Positions 12,480 to 28,430 of a DNA stretch of 64,000 nt are shown in pieces; the first letter of the stretch is position 1, and the number at the start of each line of letters is the position of its first letter. The stretch is from positions 22,449 to 86,448 of the forward strand of contig NW_021833052.1 of assembly GCF_006345805.1 (NCBI RefSeq), read 5' to 3'. The notes under the pieces were generated by a model. The model did not search any database, had not been told where the DNA came from, and worked only from the letters and a program-made list of their open reading frames with translations. Both the position numbers and the translations under genes were made by a program. The DNA comes from Octopus sinensis. Lineage: Eukaryota.

Positions 12480-13005
12480 TGTATAAAAAATAGAACAGAG
12501 TGAAAAAACTACAGAAGACTTGTTTTAAAAGATTAAAGAATGTATTTAAGTCGTTATGTTAGAGAAATGTTAGAAAATTTCGTGTATAGTAACATAGTTT
12601 TTGGAGAAATAACCGGTTTCGTGTAAACTTTTCAAATTTCTCAAATGTCATATCTTCGTTATGAAGTGCAAAGAAGAGTTCCAGGCAGGGGAAGGTAATC
12701 AGGGATTTCTTCCGGTATATTTTTTTCCTTTTCTTTTTTCAGTGTGATGAGTTTCTCTGTATATGAATGTTAGGATGGTTAAGTTCAGGCTTATATTTTT
12801 CAATGAAGAATGTTTCCTTGTTTAATCTAATTTGTGTTGGTGTTCCAATAGAACATTGATAGAATGGAAAGATTAAATATTGTGGTAGTAGTTGCTTTGC
12901 ACATTTCCCAACATGCTCACTAAAGGGTATCATTCTGTGTTCTGGGAATGCAATCTGTTGTCGATGCAGAGTGCATCTGCGTCTGAGTGATGTACGTCTG
13001 ACTGA
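12480..13005 (-). pseudogene. Penelope-like element 3' remnant: GIY-YIG endonuclease C-terminus plus downstream pLTR-like sequence
   Basis: Minus-strand translation with a frameshift reads ..ISQT..RRRCTLHRQQIAFPEHRMIPFSEHVGKCAKQLLPQYLIFPFYQCSIGTPTQIRLNKETFFIEKYKPELN. This fits the PLE GIY-YIG pattern YIGQT..R...HR..I...H...C...F.I.PF....R...E..FI..F.P.LN. GAAACCGGTT (hammerhead-type palindromic stem III) lies downstream at ~12610. Confidence 0.75.
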
Positions 13006-13007
13006 TG

Positions 13008-13077
<70 letters not shown>

Positions 13078-13079
<2 letters not shown>

Positions 13080-13282
13080 TAAAAATAGGGTAAAGTAAAA
13101 TAATTTACTTTACCATATACCGAGCTTTTTAGAAATAGCAGCCAAAAATTTGGCTATTTCTTCTACTGCAAGAAAAGTCTCCCAGACAATGCAGTAGAAG
13201 AAATAGCCAAATTTTTGGCTGCTATTTCTAAAAAGCTCGGTATGTGGTAATGTAAATTATTTTACTTTACCCTATTTTTATA
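13078..13282. repeat. ~200-bp near-perfect hairpin (90-bp arms, 19-nt loop), a fragment of the 48.3-48.9 kb hammerhead element family
   Basis: Arms 13081-13170 and 13190-13279 differ at 2 positions. Sequence is homologous to 48796-48916. Confidence 0.9.
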
Positions 13283-13381
13283 AAGTAATAATTCAAATAT
13301 ACCGTAAATGGTCGTTTTACATACGAACACTGCTCGGTCAAATTAATTAATAATTAATTAATTTTACCCTTTTTTATTGAC

Positions 13382-13436
<55 letters not shown>

Positions 13437-13669
13437 GTGTGTGTGTGTAAGTATGTATGTATGTATGTATGTATGTATGTATATATGTATGTATGGTATG
13501 TATGTATGTATTATGTATGTACACACACACACATATACATATCTGCACGTACATATGCACATCTATATTTATAAACATGTTTGTCTTTCGGTGTGTGTAT
13601 GTACGCATGTATGTATGCTTATATATATACGTATATTTGTGTTTACACATATTATTCTAAATTATATTA

Positions 13670-13792
13670 TACTCTTTACTTGTTTCAGTCATGTGACTGT
13701 GGCCATGCTGGAGCGCCGCCTTTAGTCGAGCAAATCGAGCCCAGAACATATTCTTTGTAAGCCTAGTACTTATTCTATCAGTTTCTTTTGCG
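13670..13792 (-). mobile_element. 3' fragment of an OK-like SINE
   Basis: CTCTTTACTTGTTTCAGTCATGTGACTGTGGCCATGCTGGAGC. Confidence 0.8.
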
Positions 13793-13807
13793 GAAATTAA
13801 ACAAATT

Positions 13808-14050
13808 AAAACTCCCAATAGGGGAGGCACTTTAAGGTCCTCGTTGAGAAACCCACAAAAGCCACGGGTGCCTGGTCAACAGGGCAAGAGCCCCACTCCT
13901 TTAGTTCCCTTTTTTTTTTACATGTGCACGCTCAGAACTGGTCCTTTCACACTGGCCATTCTTCCAGCATTCACCCACCTTTCAACAAACTTTCCACAAG
14001 GCAACACTTCACTCTCCACTTGAAGAAGTTGATGAGGGCTTGGCCAAAGA
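13808..14050 (-). pseudogene. Tx1-clade LINE 3' fragment (ORF2 C-terminus and start of 3' UTR)
   Basis: Minus strand reads LINFFKWRVKC..FVERWVNAGRMASVKGPVLSVHM*. The 3' UTR TTGACCAGGCACCCGTGGCTTTTGTGGGTTT..CCTATTGGGAGTTTT is shared with 31650-31935. Confidence 0.6.
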
Positions 14051-14759
14051 GAAAAGCTTCTGACTGACCTCGGAAATATTGGAACCCATAAAGTGAAGAC
14101 CCGAAGGAAATACTACAAAATATTTTATCTAATGCTCTAACGATTCTGCCAACTACATGCGATGCCTACCGATCTCAATAAGTAATGTAAATGTTGAGCA
14201 GCTGTAAGCGTGTGTGTGTGTGAATGTTTCTATCATTATTATATGTGAGTGTGTGTGCATGTGGCTGTCTGTGTTTTTCTGTGTGTGTGTGTGTATGCAT
14301 GCGTTAGAGTGGGTTTAATGGAACTCAAACGTGTGACAGTCATGATTAATACTGAAATAATTTTAACATCAGCTCGAGCGATTATCAAGAATTAACGGCA
14401 ATAATTCACGCATTTAATAATCACACTTCCTCTCGTTACCACCACTACGAATGCTAAAACTACTACCACCACCAACACCAACACCACCACAACCACAACC
14501 ATAATTATCACTAACACTATCAAGCTGAACCACCACTACTGCCACCACCATCACCACCACCACTACTACCACCACCAAACCACCACCACCACTGCCATTA
14601 TTACAAACATCCCTATTGACAAAACCATCATCATAATCTCCCATCATCTTCATCATCGTCGTCATTGTAGTCGTCGTCGTCGTCGACGAGGTCATCATCA
14701 TCATCATCATCATCACCATCAGAAACAACACCAACATCACTAGTTCGCTTGAGCTATCA

Positions 14760-17700
14760 CCACCATGTCACAACCGGCATCACCAACAGAACCATCGCCA
14801 CGGCTGATACCGTCACCACCACCACCACCACCAAAAACAACAGCATCGTCAACAACAACAACACAAGCAACAACAATACCACCATTAAAATCCTCAGCAA
14901 TATCCATCAAAATAACTAGTCATCACTACCACCATACTATTCAAAGCATCACCAACACTACCATCACCAACACCACCGACACCATCACCAACACCACCAT
15001 CACTACCACCACTAACACCATCACCATCACCATCACCACAAAACCAAACCATCACCAACACCACCAGAACACCATCCACCATCACCATCACCACCATCCA
15101 CCAACACCACCAACACCATCACCATCATCACCAACACCACATCACCACACCACCAACACCACCAACACCACCACCACCATCACCAACACCATCACCACAT
15201 CACCATCACCATCAACCACCATCACCAACACCACCACCCATCACCATCACCATCACCACCATCACCAACACCACCAACAACCACCACCACCATCACACAA
15301 CACCATCACCACCATCACCAACACCACTAACACCATCACCATATCACCAACACCACAACACCATCACCATCACCCCATCACCATCACCATCACATCACCA
15401 CCACCACCATCACCAACACCACCAACACCACCAACAACCACCAACCCACGACCACCATCACCACCACTAACAACCATCACCATCACCATCACCAGATCAC
15501 CAACACCACCACACCACACCACCATCACCATCACCATCACCATCCCACCATCACTACCACCACTAACCCCATCACCATCACCATCACCACCATCACCAAC
15601 ACCACCAACACCATCACCATCACCATCACCACCATCACCAACACCACCAACACCATCACCATCACCATCACCACCATCACCAACACCACCAACACCACCA
15701 CCACCACCACCACCATCACCAACACCATCACCACCATCACCATCACCATCACCACCATCACCAACACCACCAACACCATCACCATCACCATCACCACCAT
15801 CACCAACACCACCAACACCACCAACACCACCACCACCATCACCAACACCATCACCACCATCACCATCACCATCACCACCATCACCACCATCACCAACACC
15901 ACCAACAACACACCAACACCACCACCACCATCACCATCACCATCACCATCACCACCATCACTACCACCACTAACCAACCATCCCACCATCACCACCATCA
16001 CCAACACCACCAACACCATCACCATCACCATCACCACCATCACCAACACCACCAACACCAACACCATCACCATCACCCATCACCATCACCATCACCACCA
16101 TCAAACCACACCACCAAACACCACCAACACCACCACCACCATCACCAACACCATCACCACCATCACCACCCATCACCACCATCACCAACACCAACACACC
16201 ATCACCATCACCATCACCACCACACCAACACCAACCACCACCAACAACCACCACCACCATCACCAACACCATCACCACCACCATCACATCACCATCACCA
16301 CATCACCACCATCACCAACACCACCAACACCACCAACACCACCACCCACCATCACCATCACCATCACCAACACCACCATCACTACCCCACTAACACCATC
16401 ACCATCACAACACACCACCATCACCAACACCACCACACCACCACCACCACCACACCACCACACCATCACCACCATCACCGCCCACCACACCATCACCACC
16501 ATCACCAACACCACCAACACCATCACCATCACCATCACCACCATCACCAACACCACCAACACCACCAACACCACCAACACCATCACCATCACCATCACCA
16601 CCATCACCAACACCACCAACACCATCACCATCACCATCACCACCATCACCAACACCACCACACCACCAACACCAACCACCATCACCAACACCACAACCCC
16701 ACCATCACCATCACCATCACCACCATCACCAACACACCAACAACCATCACCATCACCATCACCACCATCACCAACACCACCAACCACCACCACCACCATC
16801 ACCAACCCATCACCACCATCACCAACACCACTAACACCATCACCATATCACCAACACCACCAACACCATCACCATCACCACCATCACCATCACCATCACC
16901 ACCATCACCAACACCACCAACACCACCAACACCACCAACACCACGACCACCATCACCACCACTAACACCATCACCATCACCATCACCATATCACCAACAC
17001 CACCAACACCACCACCACCATCACCATCACCATCACCATCACCACCATCACTACCACCACTAACACCATCACCATCACCATCACCACCATCACCAACACC
17101 ACCAACACCATCACCATCACCATCACCACCATCACCAACACCACCAACACCACCACCACCATCACCATCACCATCACCATCACCACCATCACTACCACCA
17201 CTAACACCATCACCATCACCATCACCACCATCACCAACACCACCAACACCATCACCATCACCATCACCACCATCACCAACACCACCAACACCACCACCAC
17301 CATCACCAACACCATCACCACCATCACCATCACCATCACCACCATCACCACCATCACCAACACCACCAACCCCACAACACCACCACCACCATCACCATCA
17401 CCATCACCAACACCACCATCACTACCACCACTACCACACCACCACCATCACCACCACCATCACCAACACCACCAACACACCACACCACACACCACCACAC
17501 CAACACCAACACCATCATCCACCATCACCATCACCATCACCACCATCACCAACACCACCAACACCATCACCATCACCATCACCACCATCACCAACACCAC
17601 CAACCCACAACACACACCAACACCATCACCATCACCATCACCACCATCACCAACACCACCAACACCATCACCATCACCATCACCACCATCACCAACAACC

Positions 17701-20700
17701 ACCAACACCACCACCACCACCACCATCACCAACACCATCACCACCATCAACCATCACCATCACCACCATCACCCAACACCACCAACACCATCACCATCAC
17801 CATCACCACCACACACCAACACCACCAACACCATCACCATCACCATCACCACCACAACACCACCCACAACCCCACCAACACCACACCACCACCACCATCA
17901 CCAACACCATCACCACCATCACCATCACCATCACCACCATCACCAACACCACCAACACCATCACCATCACCATCACCACCATCACCAACACCACCAACAC
18001 CACCACCACCATCACCAACACCATCACCACCATCACCAACACCACTAACACCATCACCATATCACCAACACCACCAACACCATCACCATCACCACCATCA
18101 CCATCACCATCACCACCATCACCAACACCACCAACACCACCAACACCACCAACACCACGACCACCATCACCACCACTAACACCATCACCATCACCATCAC
18201 CATATCACCAACACACCAACCACCACCACCACCATCACCATCACCATCACCATCACCACCATCACTACCACCACTAACACCATCACCATCACCATCACCA
18301 CCATCACCAACACCACCAACACCATCACCATCACCATCACCACCATCACCAACACCACCAACACCACCACCACCATCACCATCACCATCACCATCACCAC
18401 CATCACTACCACCACTAACACCATCACCATCACCATCACCACCACCATCACCAACACCACCAACACCATCACCATCACCATCACCACCATCACCAACACC
18501 ACCAACACCACCACCACCACCCATCACCATCACCATCACCACCATCACCAACACCACCAACACCACCAACCCCCATCCCATCACCATCACCACCATCACC
18601 AACACCACCAACACCACCAACACAAACCAACACCACGACCACCATCACCATCACCACCATCACTACCACCACCAACACCATCACCATCACATCACCACCA
18701 CCATCACCAACACCACCACAACCATCACCATCACCATCACCACCATCACCAACACCACCAACACCACCAACACCACCACCACCATCACAACACCATCACC
18801 ACCATCACCATCACCATCACCACCATCACCAACACCACCACCCCATCACCAACACCATCACCCACCATCACCATCACCATCACCACCACATCACCAACAA
18901 CCACCAACACCATCACCATCACCATCACACCACCATCACCACACCACAACACCAAAACCAAACACCACACCACCATCACCACACCACCAACAACCCCATC
19001 ACCATCGCCATCACCACTATCACAACACCACCAACAACACCATCACCAACACCATCACCACCATCACCATCACCATCACCACCATCACCAACACCACAAC
19101 AACCATCACCAACACCATCACCACCATCACCATCACCATCACCACCATCACCACACCACCAACACCATCACCATCACCATCACCACCATCACCAACACCA
19201 CCAACCCATCACCATCACCATCACCACCATCAACCCCACCCCACCAACAACCACCAAACACCACACCACCATCCACCAACACCATCACCACCATCACCAT
19301 CACCATCACACCACCATCACCACACCCCACACCATCACCACACCACCACCACCACCACCCACCAACACCAATCACCATCACCCACCATCACACCATCACC
19401 AACACCACCAACACCATCACCATCACCATCACCACCACCACCATCACCACCACCAACACCATCACCATCACCATCACCACCAATCACCAACACCACCAAC
19501 ACCACAACACCACCACCACATCACCAACAACACCACCAACACCATCACCATCACCATCACCACCATCACCAACACCACCACCAACACCATCACCATCAAA
19601 TCACCATCATCACCACCATCACCAACACCACCAACACCACCAACACCAACCAACACCATCACCATCACCATCCCACCATCACACCAACACCACACACACC
19701 ACCACCATCACCTCAAACCCAATCACCACCATCACCACCACCAACACCACCAACCCACCAACACCCCTCACCATCACCATCACCACCATCACCAACACCA
19801 CCAACACCATCACCATCACCATCACCATCACCACCATCACCAACACCACCAACACCACCAACCACCATCACCATCACCATCACCATCACCACCATCCACC
19901 AACAAAACCACCATCACCACCATCACCACACCACCAACCACCATCACCATCACACCATCACCATCACCACCATCACCAACACCACCAACCCACCAACACC
20001 ATCACCATCACCATCACCACCATCACCAACACCACCAACACCACCACACCATCACCATCACACCATCACCACCATCACCAACACCACCAACACCATCACC
20101 ATCACCATCACCACCATCACCAACACCACCAACACCACCAACACCATCACCATCACCATCACCACCATCACCACACCACCAACACCACCAACACCATCAC
20201 CATCACCATCACCACCATCACCAACACCACCAACACCATCACCATCACCAACACCACCATCACCACCATCACCAACACCACCAACACCACCACCACCATC
20301 ACCATCACCATCACCACCATCACCAACACCACCAACACCACCAACACCATCACCATCACCATCACCACCATCACCAACACCACCAACACCACCAACACCA
20401 TCACCATCACCATCACCACCATCACCAACACCACCAACACCACCAACACCATCACCATCACCACCATCACCAACACCACCAACACCACCAACACCACCAA
20501 CCACACGACCACCATCACCCCACACCATCACCACCATCACCATCACCATCACCACATCACCAACACACCACACCATCACCATCACCATCACCACCATCAC
20601 CAACACCACCAACACCACCACCACCATCACCAACCCATCACCACCATCACACCACACCACTAACCCCATCACCATATCACCAACACCATCACCACATCAC

Positions 20701-23700
20701 AACACCACTAACACCATCACCATCACCATCACCACCATCACCATCAACCCATCACCAACACCACCAACACCACCAACACCATCACCATCACCACCATCAC
20801 CAACACCACCAACCCCACCACACCACCAACACACGACCACCATCACACACCACCATCACCACCATCACCATCACCATCACCACCATCACCAACACCACCA
20901 CACCATCATCACATCACCAACACCACCATCACCACCATCACCAACACCACCAACACCACCACCACCATCACCATCACCATCACCACCATCACCACACCAC
21001 CAACAACCACCAACACCATCACCATCACCACCATCACCACCACCACCAACACACCAACAACACCACAACACCACGACCACCATCACCAACACCATCACCA
21101 CCATCACCATCACCATCACCACCATCACCAACACACCACCAACACCATCACCATCACCAACACCACCATCACCACCATCACCAACACCACCAACACCACC
21201 ACCACCATCACCATCACCATCACCACCATCACCAACACCACCACACCACCACACCACACACCATCACCATCACCACCACCATCACCAACACCACCAACAC
21301 CACCAACCCACACCATCACCCACCACACCACACCACCAACACCACCAACACACACCAACACCACGACCACCATCACCAACACCATCACCACCATCACCAT
21401 CACCATCACCACCATCACCAACACCACCAACACCATCACCATCACCAACACCACCATCACCACCATCACCAACACCACCAACACCATCACCATCACCAAC
21501 ACCACCAACACCACCAACACCATCACCATCACCACCATCACCAACACCACCAACACCACCAACACCACCAACACCACGACCACCATCACCAACACCATCA
21601 CCACCATCACCATCACCATCACCACCATCACCAACACCACCAACACCATCACCATCACCAACACCACCATCACCACCATCACCACACCACCAACACCACC
21701 AACCACCATCACCATCCCCATCACCCATCCAACACCACACCAACACCACCACAACACCATCACCATCACCATCACCACCATCAAACCACACCACCAACAC
21801 CACCACCATCACCATCACCATCACCCACCATCACCAACACCACCAACACCACCAACACCATCACCATCACCAACACCACCACACCAACCACCCACCAACA
21901 CCACGAACCACCATCACCAACACCAACACCATCACACCACCATCACCATCACCATCACCCACCATCACCAACACCACCAACACCATCACCATCACCATCA
22001 CCACCATCACCAACACACACCACCAACACCACCACCACATCACCAACACCATCAACCACCATCACCATCACCATCACCACCATCACCAACACCACCAACA
22101 CCACCACCACCATCACCAACACCATCACCACCATCACCACCACTAACACCATCACCATATCACCAACACCATCCCACCATCACCACCACCAACACCATCA
22201 CCATCACCATCACCATCCCACCCCCATCACCACCACCACCAACCACCACCACCATCCCAACACCATCACCACCATCACCATCACCATCACCACCATCACC
22301 AACACCACCAACACCACCACCACCATCACCAACACCATCACCACCATCACCACCACTAACACCATCACCATATCACCAACACCATCACCACCATCACCAA
22401 CACCACCAACACCATCACCACCATCACCACCATCACCAACACCATCACCACCATCACCACCACTAACACCATCACCATCACCATCACCATCACCACCATC
22501 ACCACACCACCAACACAACCATCACCATCACCACCCACCCCCATCACCACCATCACCAACACCACCAACACCACGACCACCATCACCAACACCATCACCA
22601 CCATCACCATCACCATCACCACCATCACCAACACCACCAACACCATCACCATCACCATCACCACCATCACCAACACCACCAACACCACCACCACCATCAC
22701 CACCACCATCACCACCATCACCACCACTAACACACTAACACCATCACCATATCACCAACACCATCACCATCACCATCACCACCATCACCAACACCACCAA
22801 CACCATCACCATCACCATCACCACCATCACCATCACCAACACCACCAACACCACCACACCATCACCACCAACACACCAACACCATCACCATCACCATCAC
22901 CATCACCACCATCACCAACACCACCAACCACCATCACCATCACCATCACCATCACCACCATCACCAACACCACCAACACCACACACCACCACCATCACCA
23001 CCATCACCACCACACACCAACCACCATCACCATCACCATCACCCACCATCACACCAACACCACCAACACCATCACCATCACCATCACCACCAACACCATC
23101 ACATCACCATCACCATCACCACCATCACCAACACCACCAACACCACCACCACCATCACCACCACACCAACACCACCAACACCATCACCATCACCATCACC
23201 ATCACCACCATCACCATCTCACCACCAACACAACATCACCATCACCATCACCATCACCACCATCACCACACCACCAACACCAACCACCACCATCACCACC
23301 AACACCACCAACACCATCACCATCACCATCACCATCACCCACCATCACCATCCACCACACCATCATCACCATCACCATCACCATCACCACCATCACCAAC
23401 AACCACCAACACCACCACCACCATCACCACCACACCACCAACACCATCACCACACCACACCATCACCATCACCACCATCACCAACACCACCAACACCATC
23501 ACCATCACCATCACCATCACCACCATCACCAACACCACCAACACCACCACCACCATCACCACCATCACCACCAACACCACCAACACCATCACCATCACCA
23601 TCACCACCATCACCAACACCACCAACACCATCACCATCACCATCACCACCAACACCATCACCATCACCATCACCATCACCACCATCACCAACACCACCAA

Positions 23701-26470
23701 CACCACCACCACCATCACCACCAACACCACCAACACCATCACCATCACCATCACCATCACCACCATCACCATCACCACCAACACCATCACCATCACCATC
23801 ACCATCACCACCATCACCAACACCACCAACACCACCACCACCATCACCACCAACACCACCAACACCATCACCATCACCATCACCATCACCACCATCACCA
23901 TCACCACCAACACCATCACCATCACCATCACCATCACCCCATCACCAACACACCACCAACCACCACCACCATCACCACCAACACCACCAACACCCATCAC
24001 CATCACCATCACCTCACCACCATCACCATCACCACCAACACCATCATCACCATCACCATCACCATCACCACACCATCACCAACACCACCACACACCATCA
24101 CCATCACCATCACCCACCATCACCAACACACCACACCATCACCATCACCATCACCACCATCACCAACACCCCAACCCACCACCACCACCCCTCACAACAC
24201 CATCACCACCACCTCACCACCATCACCATCACCTCACCACCACATCACCAACACCACCAACACCATCACCATCACCATCACCATCCCACCATCACCACAC
24301 CACCACACCACCACCACCATCACCAACACCATCACCACCATCACCACCATCACCATCACCATCACCACCATCACCAACACCACCAACACCATCACCATCA
24401 CCATCACCACCATCACCAACACCACCAACACCACCACCACCATCACCAACACCATCACCACCATCACCACCATCACCATCACCATCACCACCATCACCAA
24501 CACCACCAACACCATCACCATCACCATCACCACCATCACCAACACCACCAACAACCACCACCATCACCAACCATCACCACCATCACCACCACCATCACCA
24601 TCACCATCACCACCATCACAACACCACCAACACCATCACCTCACCATCACCACCATCACCAACACCACCAACAACCACCACCACCATCACCAACACACCA
24701 TCACCACCATCACCACCATCTCACCATCACCATCACCACCATAACCAACACCACCAACCACCATCACCATCACCATCACCACCATCACCAACACACCAAC
24801 ACCACCACCACCATCACCAACACCATCACCAACCATCACCACCATCACCATCACCATCACCACCATCACCAACACACCACACCATCACCATCACCATCAC
24901 CACCATCACCAACACCACCAACACCAACCCCACTCACCAACACCATCACCCCATCACCCACCATCCCCATCACCATCACCATCACCACACACCAACACCA
25001 CCAACAACCATCACCATCACCATCACCACCATCACCAACCCACAACACCACCACCACCATCACCAACACCACAACACCACCAACCAACCATCACCATCAC
25101 CATCACCACCATCACCAACACCACCAACACCATCACCATCACCATCACCACCATCACCAACACCACCAACCACCACCACCATCACCACACCATCACCACC
25201 ATCACCCACACATCACCATCACCATCACCACCATCACCACACACCACCAACACCATCACCATCACCATCACCACCATCACCACACCACCAACACCACCAC
25301 CACCATCACCACCATCACCACCAACACACCACACCATCACCATCACCATCACCACCATCACCAACACCACCAACACCACCACCACCATCACCATCACCAT
25401 CACCATCACCACTACCACCATCACCATCACCATCACCCTCACCACCACCATCACCACCATCACCATCACCATCACCACCATCACCAACACCACCAACACC
25501 ATCACCATCACCATCACCACCATCACCACACAACCACCACCAACACCATCACCATCACCATCACCACCATCACCAACACCACCACACCATCACCATCACA
25601 CCATCACCACCATCACCCCACACCCCACCACCACCACCATCACCACAACATCACCACCAACCACCTCACCATCACCATCCACCACCATCACCAACCACCA
25701 CCACCATCACCAACACCATCACCACCATCACCACCACTAACACCATCACCATATCACCACACCATCACCCCACATCACCAACACCACCAACCCATCACCA
25801 TCACCATCACCATCACCACCATCACAACACACCAACACCACCAACACACCAACACCATCACCATCCCCACCATCCACAACACCACCAACACACCACACAC
25901 CCAACAACCCCAACACCATCACCATCACCACATCACCACACCACCACCACCATCACCATCACCACCATCACCAACACCACCAACACCACCAACACCACCA
26001 ACACCACCAACACCATCACCATCACCACCATCACCAACACCACCAACACCACCAACACCACGACCACCATCACCAACACCATCACCACCATCACCATCAC
26101 CATCACCATATCACCAACACCACCAACACCATCACCATCACCACCATCACCATCACCATCACCACCATCACCAACACCACCAACACCACCACCATCACCA
26201 CCATCACCGTCACCACTATCAACATTATCGTCATCACCATCACCATCATTAACAAAACCATCATCATAATCCCCATCATCACCATTGTCGTCATTGTAGC
26301 CGTCGTCGGTGACGTCATCATCATCATCATCATCATCATCAACGGTAACAGGAAGAAGAACAACAACATCATTAACTCCACCATCATCATCATTAGCAAC
26401 ACTATAAACGTGATCACGACAACACCACCACCACCACCTAACACCATCGTCTCCCACCACCACCACCACC
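14760..26470. repeat. ~12-kb ACC/ATC/AAC trinucleotide-mosaic satellite with higher-order structure
   Basis: Nearly G-free + strand with base unit ACCATCACCATCACCACCATCACCAACACCACCAAC. Rare marker variants (CACGACC, ACCATATC, ACTACC) recur at 141-bp and 1214-bp offsets. Many 1-nt deletions suggest long-read consensus noise. Confidence 0.95.
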
Positions 26471-26509
26471 ACCCTTACACTAACACTTCTCACCCCGACC
26501 CCCCCTTAC

Positions 26510-26625
26510 CCCGCTAATTCAGCTTCTAAAGCTTCTTTTCTCTCTTCTCCATGGCGGCCATCGTTCTTCTGTTGATTGAGAATTTTATCGGCTTCGTCAT
26601 TCAACTTCATAAACCACGTGATAAC
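26510..26625 (-). CDS. Candidate isolated coding exon of an unidentified host gene (..WFMKLNDEADKILNQQKNDGRHGEERKEALEAELA G)
   Basis: Unique island between two microsatellite arrays. One open, protein-like minus frame ends at a good donor GG|GTAAGG (intron starts 26509). Acceptor or start is ambiguous (ATG at 26610, or AG after CAATCAAC). No homolog recognised. Confidence 0.4.
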
Positions 26626-26629
26626 GATA

Positions 26630-26856
26630 TGATGATGATAATGGTGTCGATGATGATGATGACGACGATGATGATAATGACGACGATGATGACGATGATG
26701 ATGATGATGATGATGACGACGATAATGATAATGACGACGATGATGATGATGATGATGATCATGATCATGATCATGATCATGATGATGATGATGATGATGA
26801 CGATGATGATGATGACGATGATGATGATGATGATCATGCTCATGATGATCATGATC

Positions 26857-26894
<38 letters not shown>

Positions 26895-26895
26895 A

Positions 26896-26929
<34 letters not shown>

Positions 26930-26985
26930 CGATGATGATGATCATGATGATGATGATGATGATCATGCTCATGATGATCATGATC

Positions 26986-27025
<40 letters not shown>

Positions 27026-27075
27026 CGATGATGATGATGACGATGATGATGATGATGATCATGCTCATGATGATC

Positions 27076-27121
<46 letters not shown>

Positions 27122-27265
27122 CGATGATGATGATGATAATGATGATGATGATGATGATGATGATCATGATGATGATCATGATGATGATGGTGACGATGAT
27201 GATGATGATGACGATAATGATAATGACGATGATGATGATTGACGATGATGATGATGATCATGATC

Positions 27266-27302
<37 letters not shown>

Positions 27303-27331
27303 CGATGATGATGATGATGATGATCATGATC

Positions 27332-27380
<49 letters not shown>

Positions 27381-27389
27381 CGATGATGA

Positions 27390-27421
<32 letters not shown>

Positions 27422-27498
27422 CGATGATGATGATGACGATGATGATGATGATTGATGATGATGATGACGATGATGATGATCATGATCATGATCATGAT

Positions 27499-27542
<44 letters not shown>

Positions 27543-27852
27543 ATGATGATGATGATGACGATGATGATGATTGATGATGATGATGATGATCATGATGATG
27601 ATGATGATGATGATGATGATTATGATGATGATGACGATGATGATGTGATGATGATGATGATGATGATGATGATGGTGACGATGATGAGATGATGACGACG
27701 ATAATGATAATGACGATGATGATGACGATGATGATGATGATCATGATGATGATGATGATGATGATGTGACGATGATGATGATGATGACGACGATAATGAT
27801 AATGACGATGATGATGACGATGATGATGATGATCATGATCATGATCATGATC

Positions 27853-27886
<34 letters not shown>

Positions 27887-28007
27887 CGATGATGATGATG
27901 ATGATCATGATGATGATGATGATCATGATCATGATCATGTTCATGATGATGATCATGATGATGATCATGATGATGATGATGATGATGATGACGATGATGA
28001 TGATGAC

Positions 28008-28042
<35 letters not shown>

Positions 28043-28103
28043 CGATGATGATGATGACGATGATGATGATGACGATGATGATGATGACGATGATGATGAC
28101 GAC

Positions 28104-28147
<44 letters not shown>

Positions 28148-28250
28148 CGATGATGATGATGATGATTATGATGATGATGATGATGATGACGATGATGACG
28201 ATAACGATAATGACGATGACGATAATGATAATGACGATGATGATGACGAC

Positions 28251-28294
<44 letters not shown>

Positions 28295-28397
28295 CGATGA
28301 TGATGATGATGATTATGATGATGATGATGATGATGACGATGATGACGATAACGATAATGACGATGACGATAATGATAATGACGATGATGATGACGAC

Positions 28398-28430
<33 letters not shown>

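Noticed and set aside
14765-15973. 402-aa Thr/Pro/His-rich ORF resembling a mucin or extensin
   Set aside because: It drifts between the three repeat frames via 1-nt indels. The array is stop-poor in every + frame, so ORF length is not evidence of coding.
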